The position numbers and the translations under genes are program-made. This document shows positions 1-9,291 of a stretch of 64,000 nucleotides of DNA, piece after piece. The notes beneath the pieces are model-generated. The model searched no databases and had not been told where the DNA came from. It saw only the letters and a list, made by a program, of their open reading frames with translations. This DNA is from a virus, in IMG/VR virus record IMGVR_UViG_3300042482_000679; one strand, given 5' to 3'. How positions within the stretch are numbered: position 1 is the first letter of the stretch; each line of letters starts with the position of its first letter.

Positions 1-310
1 ATTTAACCATATAGGTCAAACCTTTTTCCATTCGTTCATCACCGTGAGTATCTAATTTGTCAATAACAATCCCGTGTTTTGACATTGCTTCTTTTTGAGC
101 TCCTTTGGAGTTTCCGTAGAAATTTAATCCACGTAAATCACCAACCCAACAAAATGGAATGAATGTATCTTTTCGGATTTCTTTACCCTTACCAGGAATT
201 TCTTTGATTTTATAAATGGAGTCTGAGGCGTAATCAAATTCTACCGCCACGATAAATTCTTCAGGGTCGTTCCCTTCCAAGAATTCTTTGATTTCTTGTT
301 GTTCAATCAT
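1..310 (-). CDS. Probable family B DNA polymerase, N-terminal part (runs off window)
   Basis: Manual translation from ATG at 310: MIEQQEIKEFLEGNDPEEFIVAVEFDYASDSIYKIKEIPGKG..., open to the window edge. Resembles N-termini of PolB from related large phages (recalled); no catalytic motif inside the window. Confidence 0.55.
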   Translation of the reverse strand, partial: MIEQQEIKEFLEGNDPEEFIVAVEFDYASDSIYKIKEIPGKGKEIRKDTFIPFCWVGDLRGLNFYGNSKGAQKEAMSKHGIVIDKLDTHGDERMEKGLTYMVK

Positions 311-325
311 AATTTAAGTTTTACC

Positions 326-409
326 GAGTGACTTATTTTCTTCCACACCGTGTGGAGTTTGTCTTACTCATTCAACTATAAATATAGATTGTAAAAGTGA
401 ATCTGTCAA
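326..409 (-). promoter_or_regulatory. Promoter plus structured 5' leader of the polymerase gene
   Basis: Minus strand TTGACA-N17-TATATT overlapping TATTTATA. Nested stems GAGT/ACTC, GAC/GTC, TCCACA/TGTGGA at 326-369. Confidence 0.55.
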
Positions 410-787
410 TTAGCAACAAGCAGTTTTTGCAATAAAGCTGTCTTCAACATTAATATACAACTCTTCTCTAATAGGAACAATTAAATCACCCTCAAAGTTC
501 TTGATTAAGAATTGTCCTTTGTATCTACCAGGAGTATTTGTGTCCCTTGCAGTAAATTGATAGTAGATATAATATTCTGTTGGAGCTCCGTCAGCCAAAA
601 TTAAACTAACAATAGAACAGGGCGCTGAAACAATCTTGGGAATACCCGTTGCCTCATTAATCATTGAGAAGTATATTGCTGAAACCTCTAAAAGGTCCAT
701 CAACTCCAAATAACCTGACCTACCGTCTTGAACGACCTGCATTTTTAATACAGGTAAAGTAGCATTTTTTCTGATAAAGAATTCCAT
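410..787 (-). CDS. BppU N-terminal-like (Ig-like) virion/baseplate protein
   Basis: FFIRKNATLP start and YQF..RDT..PGRYKGQF pattern; TATTTAT motif upstream. Confidence 0.5.
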   Translation of the reverse strand: MEFFIRKNATLPVLKMQVVQDGRSGYLELMDLLEVSAIYFSMINEATGIPKIVSAPCSIVSLILADGAPTEYYIYYQFTARDTNTPGRYKGQFLIKNFEGDLIVPIREELYINVEDSFIAKTACC

Positions 788-805
788 ACAAAGATAAATA
801 CTTTG

Positions 806-2485
806 TTAAGACTCTTTTCTCAAGCTTCTGTCATAATGTTCAAATCTATCGTGCTCAGTTGGGGTTGCAAATAACAATGCCGACTTGATATTACCCTTTT
901 TAGTTTCTTGGAAAATGTAACTCATCCAAGTTTGTTCAAAAGGACGGTCCCACTTTGTTGTTAAGAACATTTTCTCGTTTCCATATCTTGTAACAACTTG
1001 TGGCCAGTTACAATAATAAACTTCACCAATACCATAAGGTAATCCTTGATATGAATATACTGCGTCAAATTTAGTTCTTGGCGCATTAGGGTCTAATCCT
1101 TGAACAGGTAGGTTTGGTTTTTCAGGCCAAAACTTTTCTCTAACTGTTTGAGGAACATTATACCAAGACCATTGAACTCCATTGTCCCCAAAAAACTCAG
1201 AATAATTTAGTTTCAAAAAGTCTAATGAGTTTTCTCGGGTAATCTTCATAGACTTATTGTATAGGTCCTGAATATTTCTAATGAACCCATTTCTACAAAC
1301 AGTATCTTTACCATCATAGAAGAACATATCGTCTTCAAAGAACCAATAAAAATCAAAACCATTTTCTTGTGCGTGTTCAGCGATAAATTGTCTACCACCA
1401 CAGATACCTAAGTTATCTTTTTTAATGTGTTCAAACTCGTATAACTTACAAAGTTCCGAGTATTCCTCGGTAGTTGACAAGTCACTTGAATTATCTAAAA
1501 GATATTTCTTTTTAGGTTTTGTTAAGAAATTTTCATCATATAACTCCATAGACTTAATCAATGTTTTAAATTGATTAGGACTATTGAATGTAATTACATA
1601 GAGTGAGGTGTTATCATAATCTAAATCACTATAAGACTGTTTACCTGAAATATTTTTAACTTTATAGGTATCATTTTTAACATCTTCACAAAACTTAGAG
1701 ATAAGTCCGTTACCATCAATTTCGTGGTAATCAAACATATCGTTGTGTCTGTATAACATAATACTGAATAAAGATTCTTCAGTGCCCATTAAACCTCTAC
1801 CTAAAGTCTCACTTAAAACACTATAATAAAGACTATTAACGTCTGTTATCATACTTTTTAATCCACCAAACAAACCTCCTCTACAAACAAGTTTTACATC
1901 TTGTCCTGCGTAATCATTAATCGTTGGGTATTTGAATCCGTGAATTTCATTTTCAGCGTCATATGGGAACGCCACAAACCCAAATCTTGGAAATACCTTA
2001 TCGAATTTTTCTTGAATTTTATCGTGTGTAAAATATCCAGGATGAACCGTATTTGTAATACCTGCATCAATCCAAAACAAATGTGTGGAGTCAAATTTGT
2101 CAAATATTTTTGCATCGTGCAATACAAACATTTTTGACATAACAAGAGGGTTATACATATCAAGTTTTGCTTGAGTTGATTCTGGCAGCCATCCCGATTG
2201 ACTATACCATTCAGGGTTTGTTCTTATAGACTGAATGATTTCATAAAAATCATTTTTAAACCATTCTTGAGGTCTTACAATAAATTGGGTATTTTCATTA
2301 TTTCTATTTGGTTGTGAAAATACGAATTCTTCAAGTTCTTTATCACCAAAAATAATAAAGTTAGTGTCTTGTCTTAAAAGTTCCGAGAACTTTTGTAGAT
2401 AATGGTCAAACGACCTTGACCATCCTTCAGTCAAAGAGTCACGTTTAATATTCCAAAGTCCGGTTACAAATGTAATTTTACTCAT
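806..2485 (-). CDS. HtrL/YibB (WlaTC)-like glycosyltransferase fused to a GT-A domain
   Basis: N-term TFVTGLW, YNPLVMSK, FWIDAG; C-term NLGICGGRQ and FFEDD (DxD-like). Confidence 0.7.
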   Translation of the reverse strand: MSKITFVTGLWNIKRDSLTEGWSRSFDHYLQKFSELLRQDTNFIIFGDKELEEFVFSQPNRNNENTQFIVRPQEWFKNDFYEIIQSIRTNPEWYSQSGWLPESTQAKLDMYNPLVMSKMFVLHDAKIFDKFDSTHLFWIDAGITNTVHPGYFTHDKIQEKFDKVFPRFGFVAFPYDAENEIHGFKYPTINDYAGQDVKLVCRGGLFGGLKSMITDVNSLYYSVLSETLGRGLMGTEESLFSIMLYRHNDMFDYHEIDGNGLISKFCEDVKNDTYKVKNISGKQSYSDLDYDNTSLYVITFNSPNQFKTLIKSMELYDENFLTKPKKKYLLDNSSDLSTTEEYSELCKLYEFEHIKKDNLGICGGRQFIAEHAQENGFDFYWFFEDDMFFYDGKDTVCRNGFIRNIQDLYNKSMKITRENSLDFLKLNYSEFFGDNGVQWSWYNVPQTVREKFWPEKPNLPVQGLDPNAPRTKFDAVYSYQGLPYGIGEVYYCNWPQVVTRYGNEKMFLTTKWDRPFEQTWMSYIFQETKKGNIKSALLFATPTEHDRFEHYDRSLRKES

Positions 2486-3359
2486 CGATTTTATTTAATT
2501 CTTCTAAAATTTTATAGAAACTTTTGTTTTCAACAAAGTAACTGTCAGGGGTTTCTCTTGGAGCGTTATCTCTACACCACCAAGTATCAAAATGTTTTCT
2601 AACAAAATATTCTGAATGGTTGTAAAACATTAGTGTCATAAACAATTCTTCAGGAAAAGGTCTTTTATCCTCTTCAATAATCTTGTCAGCGTAATTCTCA
2701 AACATAGGTACTAATGTCTCCCATAATTCTCGTTTACCACCGAACATACCACCAATAATATGAATTGTTCTATCATAATTGGTATACCATTTTGGGTCAA
2801 CTGTTTGAGACCAAAAATTTCTATCATTATCTTTACCAATCAAAAAGAATTTATCTCCTGAAAATTCTACAACATTTTTTAAAAAATCATTATTAAATAA
2901 CGATGACTCATAAAACTTTCTTGGACCGTTTTCTACCGTAAGGTATTTGTTCGGTATTAATCCGCTATGTGATAAACCAGCATCAATCCAATAATAATAA
3001 TCGTATGTTTTATCTTCGTTCCACCACCAACTAAACTTTTGATATTGTATTTCAAAACATCTATCACTTTTTTTAGCGTCTTCATAGTTTTTATACTTTT
3101 GAAGTAGTGTTTCATATCTTGTGGTTCTTAAGTTAGACAACTCAAATTTTAATTTATCTTCAGATATACCATTTTCAACATAAAAGAAATTTTTTAATCT
3201 ATCAATTTCTCTTGTTGAGGTATAACACACAAAATCAGCATCGGTCATTTTTAATAGTGAGAGAAGTGAATTTAAGTAATGACCAAATCTTGATGGTCTA
3301 CCGCCTAACTCAGTCCCATATAGGTCACCGTAAATACAGGTTATAAATTTAACTGACAT
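2478..3359 (-). CDS. HtrL/YibB-like glycosyltransferase
   Basis: YWIDAG, IIGGMFGG and EE motifs shared with the N-terminal domain of 806-2485. Confidence 0.6.
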   Translation of the reverse strand: MSVKFITCIYGDLYGTELGGRPSRFGHYLNSLLSLLKMTDADFVCYTSTREIDRLKNFFYVENGISEDKLKFELSNLRTTRYETLLQKYKNYEDAKKSDRCFEIQYQKFSWWWNEDKTYDYYYWIDAGLSHSGLIPNKYLTVENGPRKFYESSLFNNDFLKNVVEFSGDKFFLIGKDNDRNFWSQTVDPKWYTNYDRTIHIIGGMFGGKRELWETLVPMFENYADKIIEEDKRPFPEELFMTLMFYNHSEYFVRKHFDTWWCRDNAPRETPDSYFVENKSFYKILEELNKIDE

Positions 3360-4086
3360 AATAATATTCTTTATGAATGTTTTCTTTTTTCATTGTTTTA
3401 TTGTTTACGTTATTCATAAACTCATTAGGTATTTTTACCTCACTATAAAGGTTCCAATTGTATGTTTGACCGTAAAAATTATTACACATTTGTTGTGAAA
3501 CGTCTGACCAGTCATTAGTAATTTGTGGTGCTATGGGTAGAATTGGGCAATAACTTTGTTTTTTTAAATATACTTTTTGATATATGTAATCATCCACTGC
3601 GTAAAATCTTCTACGTTCATCTTCTTCTATGGAAATAACATCATCATATGATGATTCGTGATACAATATCATATTTGTTGCAAAAATACCTCTGTGTTCA
3701 GGAGACGCTGGTGGTAGATTAGTAATATCATTTAATAGTGGGTGTTTTTCGCTCCTATTAACATATCTATTTAAAGTTGGTGCCAAGTTAAAAACTGCGT
3801 ATTCAAGACTTTGACACTCATCTTCGATTGCTTTTAATAAAGATTTTGCATACGGCATAACAACACAATCATCTTCAATAATAAGAACTTCTTTATATCC
3901 TCTTTCTTTCGCAATTTTTAAAATAGCCGTGTGGGAAAGTGTACAACCCACGTGGCTATTAGTATCAACCGCCTTGAATAACTCAAAATCCCATTCAAGA
4001 TATTCCATTTCTTTTTTAATGGATTCTAATCTATCAGGTCTTCTTTCAAGATTTACTACAAATTTTGGTATTGTATTGAACTTCAT
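3349..4086 (-). CDS. GT25-like glycosyltransferase
   Basis: VVNLERRPDR, GCTLSH, LIIEDD motifs. Confidence 0.8.
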   Translation of the reverse strand: MKFNTIPKFVVNLERRPDRLESIKKEMEYLEWDFELFKAVDTNSHVGCTLSHTAILKIAKERGYKEVLIIEDDCVVMPYAKSLLKAIEDECQSLEYAVFNLAPTLNRYVNRSEKHPLLNDITNLPPASPEHRGIFATNMILYHESSYDDVISIEEDERRRFYAVDDYIYQKVYLKKQSYCPILPIAPQITNDWSDVSQQMCNNFYGQTYNWNLYSEVKIPNEFMNNVNNKTMKKENIHKEYYYVS

Positions 4087-4089
4087 TTT

Positions 4090-5337
4090 TTAAAGATTTC
4101 CTGTTAATCTATCACACCAACCCTTAGATTCTGAGTGAGGCCATACAACCCAATATTTAGGTTTTTCTGCTGTTTGGAATTCTCTCCATACTTTACAATA
4201 TCCATCAGGGTCTCTTAACATTGAAGTAATTTCATTTTTATCAGCGTCTTTTCTAAAGATTGTTTCATCATTTTCATTGTGGAACGCAACCACCCAAAAA
4301 TCATAATCTTTTTCAGGTACTGAAGAATAACCAATATCAATACAGTGTTTGAATACTTGTGCGAAATCGGCTTTCCAATCATCTTCAGACTCATAATTGT
4401 ATGGATTTGGCGGATATTTTTTATCAATTGTGTATTGCTGAACAGCTCTTTTTTCAAATAAAAGACCCGCATATTTTTCATAATCTCTTAAACTTCTAAC
4501 GGTACCAAAGCCATAAGGACCATCGTGACCTTCTTGAGTTTCACCGTCCATACCAAACAACTTTCTATTTGTTAAGTGTGAGTGATTATTTTTATTAACC
4601 CATTCTTTGTCATCATCCCATTGTTTTGTTCTTCCTTTACGAGTATACTCGTGCCAAATTAATGTTTTATGTGGGTGAAACAAATCATAACCCCAAGTAT
4701 ATGCTCTTGCGGCGATTGAAATTTCTTCTCCGTGGAAGTAATATTCGGGATTGTGTTGTACCTCGTTTGAGAATTCACCTAATGTAAAACAATAGTGTGC
4801 AGAATAGAATCTTGCGGGGATTGGTTCTTTTAAATCTTGCCAACCAGGAATTGTTTCAGGTAAGAAAAATACCGCACCTTCAGGAATAAATCTATCAAAA
4901 ACCATTCTCCAAGGGTCTTGAACTCTACCTGCAGGGTCGTTTTCAGGGTCAAATGATGAAACATATCCTGTTAATAAAGGTTTTTTATGACCTTTCTTTT
5001 GAAGTTGTTTAATCATCTTAATCATCTCGTCATCCCAATTAGGTGCGAACCTCATATGTGAGTCAATTTGTAGGGTATATTCTTCACCCTCATAAAGTTG
5101 TTGTGTTAAGTTTCTAGCCCAACAAACGCCTTTAGATTCTTCGTGTGGAATATCTAAAACTCTGAATCTTTTATCCCCTTCAAATTCTTCTAAACTGTCA
5201 AATTTATCATCGGGGTGAAATTGTCTTGCAATACCAAATCTAATATTTTTTGGTTTTTTAGCATTTTCCAACATATTCTTAATTGTTGGAACGAGTTGTG
5301 GGTCTCTATAGGACGCAATTTGAACAAAAATTTTCAT
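4090..5337 (-). CDS. GT60/GlcNAc-family polypeptide alpha-N-acetylglucosaminyltransferase-like protein
   Basis: IFVQIASYRD, GVCWAR, LQIDSHMRF (DSH), FHGEE, RAYTWGYD, WHEY motifs typical of the Skp1/Gnt GlcNAc-transferase family. Confidence 0.85.
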   Translation of the reverse strand: MKIFVQIASYRDPQLVPTIKNMLENAKKPKNIRFGIARQFHPDDKFDSLEEFEGDKRFRVLDIPHEESKGVCWARNLTQQLYEGEEYTLQIDSHMRFAPNWDDEMIKMIKQLQKKGHKKPLLTGYVSSFDPENDPAGRVQDPWRMVFDRFIPEGAVFFLPETIPGWQDLKEPIPARFYSAHYCFTLGEFSNEVQHNPEYYFHGEEISIAARAYTWGYDLFHPHKTLIWHEYTRKGRTKQWDDDKEWVNKNNHSHLTNRKLFGMDGETQEGHDGPYGFGTVRSLRDYEKYAGLLFEKRAVQQYTIDKKYPPNPYNYESEDDWKADFAQVFKHCIDIGYSSVPEKDYDFWVVAFHNENDETIFRKDADKNEITSMLRDPDGYCKVWREFQTAEKPKYWVVWPHSESKGWCDRLTGNL

Positions 5338-5350
5338 TACACTTTTTTTT

Positions 5351-5386
5351 AAAAAATAAAAAACCCTCCAATAAAGTGGAGGGTTT
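5351..5386 (-). terminator. Intrinsic terminator after the mucin-like genes
   Basis: AAACCCTCCA-ATAAAG-TGGAGGGTTT hairpin followed by a U-tract on the minus strand. Confidence 0.8.
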
Positions 5387-5414
5387 ATATGAAAGTTGTT
5401 TTAAATAATTTGAA

Positions 5415-6734
5415 TTAACATCCGTTAGGGTCTGTCTGAACAATAACTCCTGAAGAATCTGTTCTGTACCAAGCGGTACCGTTAGACCAATATGCAACTC
5501 CTACAGGGTTTGATAATGGGTCAATTGTTTGATATAATGTCTCACCTAAGTTTGGTCCTACACCACCTGATACCGAACCATAAACTGTAATAGGACTAGC
5601 CGCACAAGCTAAGTTAGCGGTTGAGCCTGATGATAACGAGTAAACATAATTATTTCTTGTTGGTGTTGGTGTTGGTGTACTTGTTCCTGTGTTAGTTGGT
5701 GTTTGAGTATTAGTTGGAGTATTAGTTGCGGTATTAGTTGGTGTTTGAGTATTAGTTGGTGTTGGTGTGTTAGTTGCTGTTTGTGTTGGTGTTGGTGTTA
5801 ATGTTGGACATATTGAGAATCCATTTAATTCATAACCTGCAGAATCTAACTCAACAACTTGACCCGAATTCTGATAGAAACCTGACATATCAGTTGTTAC
5901 AGGTCCTGAAGGAGAATCATAGAAGAAAATATTTTGGTCAAAGAATTGATTTATACCATATATCTCAATAGACGTACCGTAATTACCACAAGCATCAAGG
6001 GCATTATTTGCGAAATTCACGGCAAATTGGAATCTAGCAGGTTCAGTTGTTGATGGTGTTGGAGTTGGTGTTTGAGTATTAGTTGCGGTGTTTGTTGGTG
6101 TTTGAGTAATAGTTGGTGTTGGTGTGTTAGATGATGTGTTGGTTGGAGTATTAGTCGGGGTTTGAGTTTGGGTACTAGTCGGAGTGTTAGTTGGTGTTTG
6201 TGTATTTGTAGGTGTTTGCGTTGGTGTACCTGTTTGAGTATTTGTTGGTGTTTGTGTTTGAGTTGATGTATTTGTTATAGTATTAGTCGGTGTCTGAGTT
6301 GGTGTATTTGTTGCGGTATTAGTTGGTGTTTGTGTTTGGGTATTACTTGGTGTGTTAGTTACAGTATTTGTTGGTGTATTAGTTACAGTATTTGTTGGTG
6401 TTGGTGTAGGCGTTTTGGTTTGAGTATTAGTTGGGGTTTGAGTATTAGTTGCGGTGATAGACGGTGTTGGAGTTGGGGTTCTTGTATTAGTTGGTGTTGG
6501 AGTATTAGTCGCAGTTTGAGATGGTGTTGGTGAAATAGGAGGGAATGTCTCCTCAACAATAGTAAATTGTGCTGATAAAGCAGCTTGAAACGTACCATTA
6601 ACCAACCAAATATTTCGTACTTGACCAGGTGTTAATAAGATATCGTATTCCCACATATTGTTGGAACACTCTTGATAAGAGAAAGTTAATCCCTGAGCTG
6701 TGTTATTAGTTAGTATGTATTTTTTACAAGCCAT
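5415..6734 (-). CDS. Mucin-like Thr/Pro-repeat protein with small Cys-containing domains (putative virion fibre/decoration)
   Basis: Long TPTNT/TPTQT tracts separating three small globular domains; no signal peptide. Confidence 0.7.
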   Translation of the reverse strand: MACKKYILTNNTAQGLTFSYQECSNNMWEYDILLTPGQVRNIWLVNGTFQAALSAQFTIVEETFPPISPTPSQTATNTPTPTNTRTPTPTPSITATNTQTPTNTQTKTPTPTPTNTVTNTPTNTVTNTPSNTQTQTPTNTATNTPTQTPTNTITNTSTQTQTPTNTQTGTPTQTPTNTQTPTNTPTSTQTQTPTNTPTNTSSNTPTPTITQTPTNTATNTQTPTPTPSTTEPARFQFAVNFANNALDACGNYGTSIEIYGINQFFDQNIFFYDSPSGPVTTDMSGFYQNSGQVVELDSAGYELNGFSICPTLTPTPTQTATNTPTPTNTQTPTNTATNTPTNTQTPTNTGTSTPTPTPTRNNYVYSLSSGSTANLACAASPITVYGSVSGGVGPNLGETLYQTIDPLSNPVGVAYWSNGTAWYRTDSSGVIVQTDPNGC

Positions 6735-7343
6735 TTTAGTAGTTCTTTATTATTAAATATCATCAATATGTTATTAACAACTGCCAGTGTCTATAATAAC
6801 TCCTGACCCGTTAGTTTGGATATAATTATGCCCATCAGAATAGAATGATGCTTCAGTTGTTGAGGTCATTGCAAAATTTAAATAAACAATATCACCATTA
6901 ATCAAATTTGAAAATAGTTTTGTCGAATATCTTGGTGCATTTCCCTGTGGATAGTTATTACAAGCATTTACCGACAAAGTATCATCAATCCCTAAATCAG
7001 AATATTCAAACACTACTTGTGTTGGGGTTGGAGTCGGGGTTGATGTACGTGTTGGTGTTACTGATTGTGTTGGAGTAGGAGTTAACGTTGGAGTAACTGA
7101 TGGCGTTGGTGTATTAGTCGGAGTCTGAGATGGTGTTGGTGAAATAGGTGGAAACACTTCTTCAGTGATTGTGAATTGTGCCTCTAAAGCCGCTTGAAAA
7201 GTTCCGTTAACTAACCAAATATTTCTAACTTGACCAGGTGTTAATAAGATATCGTATTCCCACATATTGTTGGAACATTCTTGATAAGAAAAAGTTAAAC
7301 CTTGTGAGGTGTTGTTTGTTAAAGTATATTTTTTACAAGACAT
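6513..7343. repeat. Direct repeat of an N-terminal domain: 6513-6734 vs 7122-7343
   Basis: Near-identical ~74-aa N-termini; 50-nt identical core at 6619-6668 and 7228-7277. Confidence 0.9.
6774..7343 (-). CDS. Short mucin-like Thr/Pro-linker protein, paralog of 5415-6734
   Basis: Shared N-terminal domain, TP linker, related C-terminal AC...SG..C domain. Confidence 0.7.
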   Translation of the reverse strand: MSCKKYTLTNNTSQGLTFSYQECSNNMWEYDILLTPGQVRNIWLVNGTFQAALEAQFTITEEVFPPISPTPSQTPTNTPTPSVTPTLTPTPTQSVTPTRTSTPTPTPTQVVFEYSDLGIDDTLSVNACNNYPQGNAPRYSTKLFSNLINGDIVYLNFAMTSTTEASFYSDGHNYIQTNGSGVIIDTGSC

Positions 7344-7352
7344 AATATTTTA

Positions 7353-9260
7353 TTAACTATTTAAACAAGTTATACAATTATTCCAAGGACCCGATATAAC
7401 GTCTGCGAATGTGGTTACTGTTGCAGTTGTTGTTGATATTATCGTGTAACAAGAAACACCATCATTAATTACATCTAATTTATAGATTTTACCCGTCTGT
7501 AAAGTATCATAAATACCAAACTGACCAACAAATCCTGAAGAACAATCTTGTACTAAATATTTTTTAGCCCCTTGAGGTGTGTCAGTAGGTGTTACTGACG
7601 GTGTATTTGTATTTGTTGGTGTTGGACTTGCGGTATTAGTTGGAGTCTGTGTTTGTGTTGGAGTCTGTGTTTGTGTTGTTGTATTAGTTGGGGTTTGTGT
7701 TGGAGTATTTGATGCCGTGTTTGTTGGTGTCTGTGTTGCGGTATTAGTTGGTGTCTGTGTTTGTGTTGCCGTGTTAGTCGGAGTTTGAGTCGGAGTTTGA
7801 GTTGAGGTATTGGTTGGTGTATTTGTTGCAGTATTTGTTGGTGTTTGAGTTGGTGTTGGCGTATTACTAGCAGTATTAGTTGGTGTCTGAGTAGGTGTGT
7901 TGGTGGCAGTGTTTGTTGGTGTTTGAGTTGCGGTATTTGTTGGAGTATTTGTTGGTGTTTGAGTAGGTGTATTTGTTGCGGTATTAGTTGGAGTGTTAGT
8001 TGCAGTATTAGTTGGTGTCTGAGTTGGTGTATTTGTTGCAGTATTAGTTGGGGTATTTGTTGCTGTGTTTGTTGGAGTCTGAGTCTGAGTTGGAGTTTGA
8101 GTTGGTGTAGGTGTGTTGGTTGCGGTATTAGTCGGAGTTTGAGTTTGGGTAGGTGTATTTGTTGCTGTGTTAGTTGGAGTCTGAGTTTGAGTTGGAGTTT
8201 GAGTTTGGGTTGGTGTTTGGGTAGGTGTAGGTGTAAGTGTTACGCATATTGAATACCCACCTGTTTCATTACCTGATGAATCCAACTCAACAACTTGTGC
8301 AGATTGTTGGTAGTAACCTGTCATATCAACGGTTACTGGACCTGACGGAGAATTGTAGAAGAAATTGTTTTGGTCGAATATAGTTTCAATACCATATATG
8401 GTAGTTGATGTTCCATAATTACCACAAGCCTCATCATATGTACCACCTTTGATAACTGAGAACGCATATCTTGGTGGTTCACTTGGGGTTGGAGTTTGTG
8501 TTTGTGTTTGTGTCGGAGTTTGTGTTTGTGTCGGAGTTTGTGTTTGTGTCGGAGTTTGTGTTGGAGTCTCTGTATTAGTTGGTGTTTGGGTTGGTGTTGA
8601 ACCTAATGTAGATGTTGGTGTCTGAGTTGGTGTAGATGTTGGTGTGTTTGTCGCAGTATTAGTTGGTGTGTTTGTTGCGGTATTAGTTGGTGTGTTTGTT
8701 GCGGTATTAGTTGGCGTATTTGTCGCAGTATTAGTTGGTGTGTTTGTTGCGGTATTAGTTGGCGTATTTGTTGCGGTGTTAGTTGGCGTATTTGTTACCG
8801 TATTAGTTGGAGTTTGTGTCGGAGTATTTGTATTACTTGGAGTTTGAGTTGGGGTTGAACCTAAAGTTGACGTTGGTGTTTGAGTAGGTGTAGGTGTCTG
8901 TGTGTTTGTAGGTGTCTGTGTGTTTGTAGGTGTTTGAGTTGCAGTATTTGTTGGCGTCGGCGTATTAGTTGTTGTATTAGTAGGTGTTGTTGTTGGTGTA
9001 ACAGTCATTGTTGGCGTACTCGTACTAGTTACCGTAGGCGTAGGTGTTGGGCTTACTGGTGGAACCGTAACTTCTAAAGTGTAAGTGTAGTCATATGTTG
9101 GAATGTACATTTCAAACACACCATAATAGTATGATGAAATATAATTAAATGGTATTACTTGCGTACCCAAATCTATTGTACCCCCCGAAGCAGGTAGATA
9201 CGTTACTTCAGCGGTTTGACCACTTAAATTATTACTTAAAATTCTAATTCCAATTGCCAT
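7353..9260 (-). CDS. Large mucin-like Thr/Pro-repeat protein
   Basis: Two very long TPT tracts; internal domain shared with 5415-6734; C-terminal domain shared with 53366-55039. Confidence 0.7.
   Translation of the reverse strand: MAIGIRILSNNLSGQTAEVTYLPASGGTIDLGTQVIPFNYISSYYYGVFEMYIPTYDYTYTLEVTVPPVSPTPTPTVTSTSTPTMTVTPTTTPTNTTTNTPTPTNTATQTPTNTQTPTNTQTPTPTQTPTSTLGSTPTQTPSNTNTPTQTPTNTVTNTPTNTATNTPTNTATNTPTNTATNTPTNTATNTPTNTATNTPTNTATNTPTSTPTQTPTSTLGSTPTQTPTNTETPTQTPTQTQTPTQTQTPTQTQTQTPTPSEPPRYAFSVIKGGTYDEACGNYGTSTTIYGIETIFDQNNFFYNSPSGPVTVDMTGYYQQSAQVVELDSSGNETGGYSICVTLTPTPTQTPTQTQTPTQTQTPTNTATNTPTQTQTPTNTATNTPTPTQTPTQTQTPTNTATNTPTNTATNTPTQTPTNTATNTPTNTATNTPTQTPTNTPTNTATQTPTNTATNTPTQTPTNTASNTPTPTQTPTNTATNTPTNTSTQTPTQTPTNTATQTQTPTNTATQTPTNTASNTPTQTPTNTTTQTQTPTQTQTPTNTASPTPTNTNTPSVTPTDTPQGAKKYLVQDCSSGFVGQFGIYDTLQTGKIYKLDVINDGVSCYTIISTTTATVTTFADVISGPWNNCITCLNS
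8636..8810. repeat. 24-bp coding tandem repeat (TPTNTATN units)
   Basis: About seven degenerate copies of GTGTGTTTGTTGCGGTATTAGTTG. Confidence 0.85.
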
Positions 9261-9291
9261 ATTCTAATAAATAGTTGAATCCAAATAAGAT

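Noticed and set aside
6513-7343. Repeat pair as diversity-generating retroelement TR/VR
   Set aside because: Differences are mostly synonymous and not adenine-specific; both copies are N-terminal; no reverse transcriptase in the window.
7580-9060. Repeat arrays as a CRISPR array
   Set aside because: Degenerate in-frame coding repeats with no unique spacers and no cas genes.
5774-9077. Plus-strand Val/Gly- or Cys/Trp-rich ORFs (also 53595-54842)
   Set aside because: Antisense shadows of ACN/CCN-rich Thr/Pro repeat genes.
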